A stretch of DNA of 60,634 bases, filler included, from Sphacelaria rigidula (lineage: Eukaryota): assembly GCA_964200075.2 (NCBI GenBank). It is 4 parts of 4 records of this genome, joined end to end, with 100 filler letters (N's around TTAATTAATTAA, not from the genome) between each part and the next. Parts side by side here need not be neighbours in the genome. Positions count along the whole stretch, not along the records: positions 1 to 15,088 come from CAXNAA020001912.1; positions 15,189 to 30,271 come from CAXNAA020001913.1; 2 more parts are not named here. One strand, written 5' to 3'. Within the stretch, counting starts at the first letter, position 1, and each line of letters opens with the position of its first letter. Position numbers and translations under genes: made by a program. The notes under the pieces are model-generated. The model made no database searches. It was not told the DNA's origin and was given only the letters and a program-made list of their open reading frames with translations. Below are positions 12,347 through 23,000 of the stretch, in pieces.

Positions 12347-13969
12347 TTCCATATCCCTCACCTCCCTGAGTGATCGAGTGGACACTCTTCCAGCGCTTTC
12401 AAACGCTCCTTCGCAGTGTCCATGTACGCAGTGTGGGGTAACCCATTTCTTGTTTCGAATCCGCCGAACCCGATCGGAATGTACTTGAACTACGCAACAA
12501 ACGATTCACAGCAGCAGAGCAAAGGTAGAGAGACGGACGCGGGAGCGGGGGACAGCACGGAGAGCAATCTGAAAACATTCACACAAACGGCTTTTAGTCT
12601 ACATTTCGAATATCTTGATCATCCAAGAATGTGTGTGTGCAGGCGTGCAACGGCCGCTCACTCGAATCACCATCGTCTTCACTTTAAAAGTGCATGTCAG
12701 ATTCATCACGCGCCCATCTTTCGGGCCCGCTCGTGAGTTCAAACCTCAACAAAAAAGCAAGGTCCTGTCTTACAGGCTGGTTCACCGTGAGCGACCGGAA
12801 CTTACTCCCCAGCGACTGTTCACGCCGTTATTTGGAGTTACATCCTGACACCGCCTCCCGGGACCCCAGATGTCTGGCGTTTTTTTATCTCATTTTCGAA
12901 AGACCTCACTAAATCGACATTTCAAAAATATCTCAGAGCATCCGTGTGCAAAATTTTAGGGCCCAACTCCAAAAATCCGCGCGAAAAATCGTTCGTATGT
13001 GCGTTGACCAACGTAGGCGGAGCCCCCGGATTTACTTGACTATAGTCTGCTACCGAGGTTTTCCTTGTGCGCTTGACCTCAAATCGACTGTTTGGGATCA
13101 GCTTTTTGAGTGACGTAACGCAACTTTGCACATTGCTGAGGCAACAGCACCTCGGCATGGGTCAAATTATTTTTTTCATCCTGAAGCGATCTGTACCGGC
13201 TTGTGGGGGTGTTCACGCTGGGACCCCCGGAAGCCTGCAGAGAGCTACCATACCTTGGTCGTGTGCCCCCACTGTAGACCCGAGGTACTATAACAGGGTC
13301 TTGTTTTGTATCAGCACCCGTAGAGGAGTCATGCATGCCGGAAACGCATACAATTTCGCTGCCGTATCAGCATTCTTTCACTGGGCTCAAGGATCACAGA
13401 TCGTGTCAAGAATACGTTACCTGATGTTCTCGACTTCGGTAAACCATCATCCACTGATTCAAGGGTTTCGGCAGTTCGCAGTTTCGATCTACTCTCCCTT
13501 TATGTGTTTCCACATCTTAACCACGAGCACCTGGTTTCCTTCTTGCACACAGACCCCACCCAATGCCACGGGTCATCATCCATACCATCGGCCGCCTCCG
13601 CTTCCCCCGAGACCCACTGACCCAATGACGCCCCCAGAGACAACACACACGCAAGAAAAATCTCACCTTATGGTGGGGTAGCGAATCATACCGCGTGTGA
13701 GATGTAAACCACAGCATGACGCGATGCATGTCCAGCACGCGCCGCACGCAAGTCGGATCCCTTCCCAGGGCTGGCTCCTCGTGTGTGGGGTCGCCTTTAG
13801 GGTCCCAGCCCAGAGTGATGAGCACCAGGGGCACATTGAAGTCTTCGCCTGCACCTGGCAGGCCGACGGTGTTCTCCGCCTCGAAGCGCTGCTGCGGGGT
13901 ACGGATGCCCGCTGCGGCTAACCTCGCATCTCGGGATATTTCTATCTCCAGCGCGCATACGTCGTCGCC
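544..13969 (-). CDS. Spliced gene (5'-incomplete, 7 exons, ~438 aa recovered): exostosin/GT47-like glycosyltransferase domain + C-terminal WSC domain
   Basis: Exons 13969-13667, 12489-12362, 9850-9675, 8895-8785, 7227-7048, 4456-4156 and 661-~544 have GT-AG introns and consistent phases (0,0,2,1,1,1,2). The joined protein has the ordered motifs PLVLITLGWD, WFTSH..HHKFKYIPIG, SRGIFAVSPPGTGADCFRHYE, WDSLT..L and KKLTHNYWRNYI, typical of exostosin-like GT domains. It then has VGCY..C..KC..FFGIKNGNRCWC..CNIPCKG..CGG (WSC cysteine pattern). Confidence 0.8.
1028..1883. mobile_element. TA-flanked MITE (Tc1/mariner-like), intronic
   Basis: 17-bp perfect TIR CGAGCTGGGCCAGCCTA with TA on both sides, and an internal ~260-bp imperfect palindrome (~1584-1847). 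Confidence 0.85.
2343..3861. mobile_element. TA-flanked non-autonomous DNA transposon, ~1.5 kb, intronic
   Basis: 28-bp perfect TIR CGAGCTGGTTCACGGTGATCACCCAAAA with TA flanks. A homologous, interrupted copy lies in reverse orientation at 54241-59484. Confidence 0.9.
4156..4456 (-). CDS. Exostosin-WSC gene exon: linker + N-terminal half of WSC domain
   Basis: GACAG acceptor, GTGAGT donor, 301 nt, phase 1-2. Encodes VGCYS...GCAKKC...FFGIKNGN. Confidence 0.85.
5304..5792. mobile_element. Possible piggyBac-like MITE
   Basis: Ends TCAACCTTGTCCGATG ... CATCGGACAGATAA. A related end reading TTAACCGTGTCCGATG lies on the minus strand at ~10483-10514. TTAA flanks are degenerate. Confidence 0.4.
5986..6604. 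mobile_element. TA-flanked MITE, CGAGCTGGGCCAGC family
   Basis: TIR CGAGC(G)GGGCCAGC / GCTGGCCCAGCTCG with TA flanks. The 5' interior resembles the copy at 11201-11812. Confidence 0.8.
7048..7227 (-). CDS. Exostosin-WSC gene exon (NRVGAKRWDSLT...KKLTHNYWRNYIRAETLKAG)
   Basis: TTTTATTTGCAG acceptor, GTGGGC donor, 180 nt open, phase 1-1. Confidence 0.8.
7835..7950. repeat. (ATT)n microsatellite
   Basis: Long, nearly pure ATT run that decays at its 3' end. Confidence 0.97.
8312..8465 (+). repeat. Dispersed repeat (TGATTG..GTCGCA..AACTGAC family)
   Basis: Similar copies at ~9030-9186 (inverted) and ~27638-27790 (direct). Confidence 0.75.
8785..8895 (-). CDS. Exostosin-WSC gene exon (GADCFRHYELMLMGDIALVQD...MPAFFF)
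   Basis: TACAG acceptor, GTCAGT donor, 111 nt, phase 1-1. It completes the SPPGxGxDCxRxxE motif. Confidence 0.82.
9675..9850 (-). CDS. Exostosin-WSC gene exon (RFDLVFQGN...SRGIFAVSPPGT)
   Basis: AAG acceptor gives a phase-2 match to the previous exon. GTGAGT donor, 176 nt. Confidence 0.78.
11201..11812. mobile_element. TA-flanked MITE, CGAGCTGGGCCAGC family
   Basis: TIR CGAGCTGGGTCAGC / GCTGGCCCAGCTCG with TA flanks. Contains a tRNA-like B-box segment. Confidence 0.8.
12362..12489 (-). CDS. Exostosin-WSC gene exon (FKYIPIGFGG...CPLDHSG)
   Basis: TAG acceptor, GTGAGG donor, 128 nt, phase 0-2. It supplies the IPIG motif expected after WF..HHK. Confidence 0.8.
13667..13969 (-). CDS. Exostosin-WSC gene, first recovered exon (GDDVCALE...WFTSHTRYDSLPHHK)
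   Basis: CACACAG acceptor, GTGAGA donor, 303 nt open, phase 0-0. Confidence 0.8.
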
Positions 13970-14385
13970 CTGTGTGTGTGGGTGGGTATTTGTATGTGTG
14001 TGTCTGTGTTTATGTGTTACTTAATACTCCAGTGTGGGTTCGAGACATTTACTCAGTGTCAAATAAACGAATCATGCGGGCACTGTGATGTACAGTGGTG
14101 GGAACGTGTGGCCTTGACAGGATTCGCTACGTGACCGGAGAAGGGGCGAGCAAATAAAAAAATCAAATCTCCACCCTTTTGAGGGTTGGCGACGGTTGGC
14201 AACGGCGCTGTAAAACACGCCTCTCACTGCGTGAGCTAGGCAACCAGGTTACCGGCGTGTTTTTCGCTTGTGTTGCGGTAAGCATGATGGTCAAGCTAGA
14301 CCATTTTGTGCGGGGTAGAAAACCCGAACTCCGCGCGAAGGGAATGATCATACTACACGTAGTGTTTACTTATATGGTGAGGCAC

Positions 14386-14690
14386 CCATGAAGCAGTGAG
14401 GAACCGGTGGCTGTCTCTGGAAGTGGCGATACCAGAAAATGAAGCAACTCACTCGAGGCAGTCAGTCATCCGCATGCAAGATAATTAGTACGCCTCGGGC
14501 CGAACAATCTTAGCAGGATGCAGCTAGCACTCCGTGCGACTCGCCGAGCACACCGCGGCGCTTCGAGCTTGGTAATTAATTGCGAGCCTGGTCCGGCGAA
14601 AACCTGGCGTGCTATGTCTCGGCCTTGTAGGGATGCGAGGTCAATGGTCAAGTGACTACGGCATGCAAGATCATCAGCACACTCCCCCGC
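14386..14690 (+). repeat. ~290-bp dispersed repeat
   Basis: Clearly similar to ~24167-24465 in piece 2. Both end in the GGGATGC..GTCAATGGTC..GACTACGGCA module. Confidence 0.85.
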
Positions 14691-15037
14691 CCCCGGTGCT
14701 CCGTCTCGAAAAGGATGCGTGGTCAATGGTCACACGACTAAGGCAGGCAGCAAATGACTACCCCCCCCCCCCCTCCCCCCTAGCTACGAACAGGAAAAGG
14801 AGGGTACATATTGGAGAATAGGGAAGGACCAAGACCAGGGTTCGAGCTACAGTCCCGTGGACGGACGGGTTGGTGAGGCCACACACAGTACTGTACGACC
14901 TGCGCAAGAAGCTCACGCGTTCATGTACATGAGTACCACAACGATTTGGACTGAACCATTTCCCCCTGTTTCCCTGTGAAATAAACATGTTGTACAAGAT
15001 TGGTGGAAGCTATTATTTTGAGGTCACCCCCCACCCC

Positions 15038-15088
15038 AGTACAGATGGCAGCAGCTAAGAAAATACTTGGATGCTCGAAAACGACGAG
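15038..15088 (+). mobile_element. LINE ORF2 C-terminal fragment at contig end
   Basis: Encodes VQMAAAKKILGCSKTT. The same motif occurs, decayed, in the LINE remnant at ~31540-31730. Confidence 0.6.
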
Positions 15089-15188
15089 NNNNNNNNNNNN
15101 NNNNNNNNNNNNNNNNNNNNNNNNNNNNNNNNTTAATTAATTAANNNNNNNNNNNNNNNNNNNNNNNNNNNNNNNNNNNNNNNNNNNN
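15089..15188. other. Artificial contig-joining spacer
   Basis: 44 N + TTAATTAATTAA (stops in all six frames) + 44 N. Confidence 0.97.
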
Positions 15189-15330
15189 AGTTGACGCGGT
15201 GTGGGAGTGCTGACCCAATCCGCGAGACCAAAATGAACGGCGCCTACCGGGGGAGAGGTGAGTTGATCCCTTGAGACCACGGACTCATCCCGAGGAAGGG
15301 GATACGGGTTCGAAGTGTGAGGGGAAAGAT

Positions 15331-15700
15331 GGTCCTTCTCTGTCGTTTTTCGCCGGACAAGAGGGCTAGGCGGATATTGACGCCTTGGAATGACTTGCTC
15401 TACTCATTGAGAGGCCGTTCCAGGGTAACTTTGCGTTTCCCGCTGGTGGCACTTTCATTTTTGGCCAAACACGGATTTTCAACAAAAGACGGTCAAGCGA
15501 TCAACAAAAGGGGGAAATTTTGATCAGCCGACCGTTTATACTGAAAATTCGTGTTTGGCCTAATTTGGCCAAAAACAAAAGTGCGGCCAGCGGGAAATGC
15601 AAAGTTGACCTAGAACGGTCTCAACGAGTAGAGCGAGTCGTTCGAGGCCGTCAATATCCGCCTAGCCCTCTTTTCGGGCGTAAATCGACGAAGAAGGGCC
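15331..15700. repeat. Foldback / long imperfect palindrome (~170-bp arms, short loop)
   Basis: Arms share e.g. GAGGGCTAGGCGGATATTGACG / CGTCAATATCCGCCTAGCCCTC and TTTCCCGCTGG / CCAGCGGGAAA. Confidence 0.9.
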
Positions 15701-16901
15701 CAAAAGGCAGTTTTAAACAGGAATTTTGAACGGATATCTTTAGAGTTGTCCTGAGACATGCCCTGAAAGGGTGAAAAAATTGCGCGAACGAGCGGATCAA
15801 ACATTACGCCCGTGCCGGATCTTCCATCTTCTACTTATCACATATAACATTGTTTCATAACCGATACAGATATCCAACCTTTGGCTCGACCTCTTGGTAG
15901 GAGTCATCGCCTTCACTATCTCCCAAATTAAATTAATCCCTCTCCACGCCTATCGTGGAAAACGGGGCCGCCTATCGGCGGCTCCGTCCGATCCTTGTAT
16001 ATATATATATATATATATTCATATTTCGAGCTCACGAGCGTGAAGCATACTTCGTAACGAGGTGTCAACGAGATTCAGTGCTGATTTTACTGCGCAAGTT
16101 CCTCCGCACCCGCCCCGGGAACTGAATGTGCGGGCTAATGCCAATACTAGGGGTCTGGTCAACGGATTCGTACTTCACTTTGTGCAGGGGTACACATGCG
16201 TTCGCGACCTTTCGAACGGACGCGCGATCGCGGTGGTCCTGCAATGTTTCCGGCGGGCATGAACATTTCGAGAGAAGATCTAGTCTCACGAGGACTTGGC
16301 AAGGCGAGATTACCGAGACCCTCGAAAGAGACGGACGAGACCGGGGCGCAGCCCCGGCTCACGTGCGGCTTGTAATGTATAACAAACATACTGACATGCC
16401 CGCATTTCGCTGTTAAAAAACTGTGCCTATCGTATCGCAGGTAGTTGTTGTCGTACTTTTAGCCCCTTCTCTTCCTCGGGACGAGTCCATAGAGCCATAT
16501 AGTCTCAGGGCATCAATCCGTCTTTCTCTCTGTACCTGCCTTACATTTTGGTATCGCAGATTGGATTAGCACTCCATTTTGGTATCGCAAAATCTTTTCT
16601 ACTCGTGTCATTACGTATTTAACGACGTAGCCTAGATTCTACTAAACGAAAAACGCATCTGTCGAGGTTCGTGCCTGCAAGCTTCCGTCCCAATTGGCCA
16701 TCATTGTTGCATCATTAGATCGCAGCGTATCCGTTATGGTATGGCGCGTTAAAATCTTCGGCAGTTGTCACAGTGCAAGGCTACTGCAGTTGTGTGCTTA
16801 TTTGACAGCTTCATGACGCACGCCAGCCGTCTGCTTCATGCCACTCACGTCTCTAATCGTATCTAGACGTTGCTTCGTGTGTGTGATTTTCCGCGGATCA
16901 G

Positions 16902-17051
16902 GGAGGTGTCGTTCCTTCACCTGTACCTGAGCCTGTTCTTCTTGATGGAGAACCTCTGCCGCTGTGACAATATCTGCTCGGGACTGTGGGATCTGTACGA
17001 GTACATGAACACCATCGCCACTTCAGACAGCAAGGGGCTTGTGTTGGAGAC
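16902..17051 (+). CDS. GT48 exon (EVSFLHLYLSLFF...KGLVLET)
   Basis: ATCAG acceptor, GTGAGA donor, 150 nt, phase 2-2. Poorly conserved region. Confidence 0.7.
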
Positions 17052-20000
17052 GTGAGAACCAAACCATCGATCCCCTTGTAGTACTTGTAGCGGAGGAAAG
17101 TCCCCTTGTACATTGTTCGCCTCGGTCACGCGCGAACAAACAAACAAGCAGATGATGATGATGGCAGTCGGGGACACCGCTTTGGCTCGCTGGCCGATGT
17201 ACACAGGAGCGATTTTCGGATTTTGGCAATACCCGAAAAATAAGTATCTCTGAGTTTTCACCCGCCATGGCTTTCGAGTCCCATGGAAGCAGGTGCAAAC
17301 GTAAGCTCTCAGCCATGTGCCCACATGGGTAGATTGCTTTCACTGTCGATGTCGAAGACGGCCCAGCTGATACGTTCGTACAGTGAGTCGAGTACTACGA
17401 GTATAGCTCCTCGTCTTGTTCATACCCTCGATTGAGCCCCACCTTAGCACATACCACTCGGCAATTTAGTTGATACGGCCAGGAGCCTCCCCTTACTGCG
17501 ATATAAGTTTTGACAGCATGGTAGCGTAGTATACGATGACATCGCCATCGCGACAAGATGGCGACAAGATAATGACCGACGTACCAGCCAGTTCCGGCGG
17601 ATGAATGGGTTCTAATCCCGATGGTACCGGTGTTTTTTTGCTTTTGTTATGGTTGTGTTCTGAAATGCGTGAAGAAACGAGTCGTCAAAAAACAAAAAAT
17701 GGCGGAAAATGAAACGGCATTTCTCGGCAGCAAGAAGAGCAGAAATTGGCTTCAGGGCTTGAGGGCGGGACCGAGGAGCTGGAATGAGAATTAGACGAGG
17801 GCCAATTGCCGGCTGTGACCCCCGTGTGCGATGGAACTTTTGATAGATTTATTCTCCAACGTTAGTTGTAGCAGCGAGTGTCGACTAGCCGAACGTTCCA
17901 GGTACGAAGCAGTTACGGAAGAAACTATATTCCTGCCACGCCCACGGGATACCCATCAAACATAGGTATAATATGCGGTACTTGATACCCCACACCCACC
18001 CGGTATGCATGTCAAATAATCAATCTCGAGAGGCGTTCGGGATTTTTCGGTTTAAGTGACCTCCCCGCCTGAGCTGGGGCGTTTGTTTTGGCTTTTGGAC
18101 GGTGAATCGTGTTTTGTACTCTTTTGACATAGTTCCTCCAGGTTCTCAGCGGGTTGGGCGACTGGCAGTTTCAAAATCTACCCGAGGCAAGAGCAAATGC
18201 GGCACGTCATTTCAGTTTTGTAGGGGACATTCGACAGTATTATACTACTTTTGCGCGACATTCGACAGTGCCTTTCTACCTGCTGCTGTTTTTTCATCTA
18301 CGTGGAGAAATGAAAGTGGAACCGGTGGTGGTTGATTTATCGTCCGGCCTGGAAGGGTTCGAGCGCCCCATCCAGTTGTCCATCGATACATGAATACCTC
18401 CCGTGTTGCCGCGTGTGCGCTGCATGTTTGATTACTTGCTCGATTTTCACGATTCCCCTTTCCATCGGTGTCGGTTTGCTTATTTATCTCGTTTATCCAA
18501 TGCTCAACAATCGCCTTGCAGGATATTGGAAGCGAACCCTGCCAGGCCGGTGTTCCTCCTCCACAACTGGCCAGACCTGGTCAAGTCGGTAGCGGCACTA
18601 GTGCAGGTGCTGCTCAACAAAAAAGGGCAGAACGCAAGGGGCGTGCGCAAAGCCATGGAAAAGCTGTGCGTAAGCATGGCCGCCTTTATCGATCCCGCGA
18701 GTGCAGACAGTGCGCGGATTGCGGAAGAAGGGGGCGCTAGTACAGGAGAGTGGTTCGGGGGTCCGCAAAGCGGGAAGGGGCGACTGCTGGCAAGTCTTGA
18801 GCGGCTGCAAAACGCGTGAGTATTAATCTCGTTTTTCGTGGAAAAAAATCGTTTCACTTTTTTCTTCGTCGCACTTTCATCCCCTCCCCCTTCCTCGGGA
18901 CGACCTGTTGGTCTACTAGTCTCGAGGAATCAACACATGTCTCCCAGTACACACTTTACATTATGGTATCATCGCGTATTGGATAATGACGAGCACTCCC
19001 CCACGATGTTGACTCTGGTCAGAAATGAAAATAGTTGGCCTGCTCACATCGTCACGTTTTTAACGACGGAAATCAGGTACCAGTACTTCTCATAGAAGGA
19101 CCCAATCGCATCTATCTTTGGGGAATCGAACCTGCGTTCTGTCGACCTAATTGGTGCCAGTTGTAGCAGTCGGACCTCAGGGTGGGGTGGTTACATGTAA
19201 TGGCGTGTTCTTGATGTACACAAGCCCTATTTCACCGTCGTACCCGTTGGTCTCACTCAAACCAGCGTTAAAGCTATAACCCTCAGAGCCCGAGACCCAA
19301 CAAATGCAGCATGTGAGCCCTCGCTCCAACAACCGGGTTTCCACCCTATCTGTACTGGCACGGTATCATGGATAGGATGAAGTGTAGTGTGCGATGATGA
19401 GCACACGACGTGCCGCCAACTGCGTTGCGCGAAGCGCCGCGGCACTGCGTGCGCTGAGGGACGGTAGCATAAACATTCCTCTCCGCGTCCCCCACCTGTA
19501 TCCGGGAAAGTGAGCAAAGATCGTGACCCACTGAATGAAAAGAGATTACTGGGATGGTACGGTGCAGAATGGACACTAAATATAGTGCCCTGTAATGTTG
19601 ATTATGCTGCCTTGCGGGTTATTTTGGTCCGTCTCCAGGCAAGTCCCAATTCGGCAAAAGAAAAGCAGGGGCGAATGGACTGAGGGCTTGCTACCAAGTT
19701 CCACCCACGTGTGTTTGTCGCACATTAACTGATCTCCGAAGGGATTACTAATGTATTCATGTATCCAGCTAGCCGTGGTCGTGTTCATTATCTACAAGAT
19801 GGACGCATCGTGTCCAAGGTAAACAAACAAAACGGAAACACTGGCTGAAGGAAAGCGGAAAAAATATAACAGATGAGGTACAGCAGACTGTATACTAAGA
19901 AAAAAAAGACCAGAAATGACCAACCCCTGTAATATGGCTGCCGGTGGAAACGGTCTTGCGCAAAAACTACATACGCTCGTATCCAAAACAAACGAAAAAA

Positions 20001-23000
20001 ACATGGTAACACATAGTAGTACTTAGAGTGTAATTTTGATGTGTGACCACCTCTGTGGTAACTTCTAGTTGTCGAACTGGGTGCCCCCATTAGTACAGTA
20101 TAAGCAAAGTCTGTCGCGTTGTAGTTTTCAACCGTGACTGACAAGTCCGCAATAATAGCTCAGGGTATAGATACGCGGTGGTTGTTTTTGCGGTACCGGG
20201 TTTATTGTTCGAGCAGAATGATGTATTCATCATATTGAAATTCGTGTCTTTCATGTGTAACGTCCTGTACGCTGTACTGTGTGGACACCGCAGCCTTCAG
20301 GCGTGGCCGAAGTCTGCAAAGATAGACCAGGAAGAGGTCGACAGCTTCCACAAAGAGCATTACGAGTTTCTGCAGAGGCTTGACAACTTGGTGTCGAGCA
20401 CCAACAGACCAGGTCATGTAGAGAGCTGGGAGGGGCAGCGAAGGATAGCTTTCTTCGTCAACTCCATGTTCATGAAGCAACCGGAGGTGCAGTAACAAGA
20501 TGTCTATATTCCCGCCGTTGTTGTTGCCATGTGTACGATGACTTTCATTATTACTATATATTCCGATCATTGTTCATCATTACTGCACTTAATGTCAGTT
20601 TTGTTATGATCATTATTAGTCTATTTTTATTAGTGTCCGTTGTGTGATGATGTGTATCTCCTTTTTGGAACGTCATGGTTGGGGTATGGTTCAATCCTAC
20701 TTGTGGTTCCCGAGTAGCTGAGGCTGCTTCTTACCGGGAAATTAATATTTCCCAAAAGTAGTCATTTTGGCGATATAGGGCTGAATTTTACCGGAATACA
20801 AGGCTTGGCGATTGTGCAATCTCGGAAAAAGACCTGCTGTACTCTCCGAGAGGATTCTGGCCAAGTTTTCCGAATTTTCATGCGCCAGGTTTGACTGCAG
20901 GACAAACTACTAAAAACGTTGTCCTGTGAGGATTTTCTCAACAAAAACCTCCGTGAAATGCTTTTTTTCTTTGATAAATCAGGAAATGCGTAGCGGTGGC
21001 CACTGCGGATATAACGAAGCACTGTATGTCTGATGTTGCTCGTGCCTCACCATCATCATAATTGTCATTGTCAATGTCATCATCCATCGACGACTCTTCC
21101 ACATGTCCCTTCCTGCTTACCCTCTACACACGCTCAGGTCAGTCGGGTTGAGAACATGCCGGGGTTCAGCACCCTCACACCCTACTACGGGGAGGAGGTG
21201 ATCCTGTCAGTCGAAACTCTGTGCTCCCAGACACCTGACGGCGTGACAACCCTGGAGTATCTGCAGACCTTGTTTCCGAAGCAATGGACGGCTCTCATCG
21301 AACGCGTCAAGCGCACCATGCCGGAGGTGGGGTAGTGAACGGTGTCGTGTATCTGCGACCAGTGTTTTTTTTTTTTCTTTCCGTGACACATTCAAATGTA
21401 ACGCCTCCCTCACCTTCCTCGAGGCGAATATATCTCCAGTCTGTCTAAAGTGCTCTGGGTCTCAAGGGATCAGCCCGTATTTTCCTCGGTGATGAGTATT
21501 CCTGAGTAAACAAGGCATGCACGAAAATGAACGCAAAATTGCTTTTTCGTGCTATTATAGCTGCAGCCGAGACTTTCCAGCTCGTCACTCGTGGAAACCG
21601 TGTCAGTCGTTGTGTGGCGATAGTCATGAGGCCATGAGCAGTATTGGGGATAGTTGGTCCCCGTCACTCAAGTGTGGATACTTTGAAAGGAAACACCGCG
21701 GCTCGACTATGATGCGATGAAACAAAACAGCGCAAAACAAAACAAAATACGTCCCGTCCCGTGTGGCCCGGGCTTGCAGGTTGACTTCCTGCAGAACGTG
21801 GGCAGCAGTCGAGACGTGGGAGTGCTGCAGGGCATGGACAAGAGGGCCAAGCTCGAGCTGCAGCTCTGGGCCTCGTACCGAGCGCAGACGTTGGCCAGAA
21901 CGGTCAGGGGCATGATGTACTACGAGCAGGCCATCAGGATGCTTGCACTTGTGAGCGCTGTTCCATATGATCATAGTAAATTGCAGTCGAAACTGTCGTC
22001 GATTTTTTCGTGCATGTCTTGGACATGTCGTTTCAATGGGATTTCAGGTCCCAGAAATACGTGGGCGAGCTCACCCCGACCGAGGGCTGTCGTCTTCTTG
22101 TGTGTTATCAGCAGGCCTGTGGGAGATGCTTGCAGGGGCGAGTAATTTCGAAATTCAAATCAAAGAGACAGTGACCTTGCTTTGAGAAATATTGGGTAGT
22201 GATGCTCAATTCGCCGGTGTTGCTTATGCCTTCTGAGATTCACTTCTTGTCCAGGGCCGGTCAGCGTTGAGATTGGCGGGTCCCTCGGCCGGTTGGTTTT
22301 CTTTTTATCTTGTCGCCTTCATTGCTTCGTATTTGCTGCTGCTCTCCGTGCGCTGCTGGACAACAATATTGCGTAGTACTGGCTACAGACAGCATCCTGT
22401 AGATCGAACCTAAGGCTGCGCTACCGTTCTTCACAATGGCAATGTATAGTACTGAATCTAAAGTGCACTCCTTGGGCTTTGTTGAGGACGGCCGGTTCTT
22501 TTTATTGTCTCCGCTCATATTACATGGTATCTATTCCAGTATAGTTTCAGGGTGGAATGCCTGTCTTCGATCTGATGCTGTGCCCTCAGACTTGCCCCAC
22601 GCTTCGCAAACATGAATCATGAATCTGCAGTCATACTGTGGGCTGTATGAAGTTTTCGTGTTTTGATGTTCACTCATGACTCGACTTGCATAGCTGTATG
22701 TTCCTTGATCTGCATTCGTGCTTGACGCAAAGTCTATGGCTGCGTCATTACCGAGTCCAACGCCATGTTGAAAATAACCGCCACACGATATTGAAATGCT
22801 ACCATATCGATGACGACGACTTAGGTGGAGGCGGACGATTTCTCGCAGCAGCTGTACAGCAACGTCAACGTGAGATCGGACAACCCTCTGTTCGATCGCA
22901 GGGGGAATAAAGCCACGTACGTGTCGGTGCTGAAGGGAGCTCTCAAGTACAGCACGGAAAGCATGGAGACTTCGCGCGCGAAGTTCTCGTACGTGGTGAG

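Noticed and set aside
17575-20740. tRNA genes at GGTTC(G/T/A)A(A/T)TCC motifs (~17608, ~19122-19135, ~20688)
   Set aside because: Only B-box-like motifs without a cloverleaf, likely SINE remnants or chance matches.
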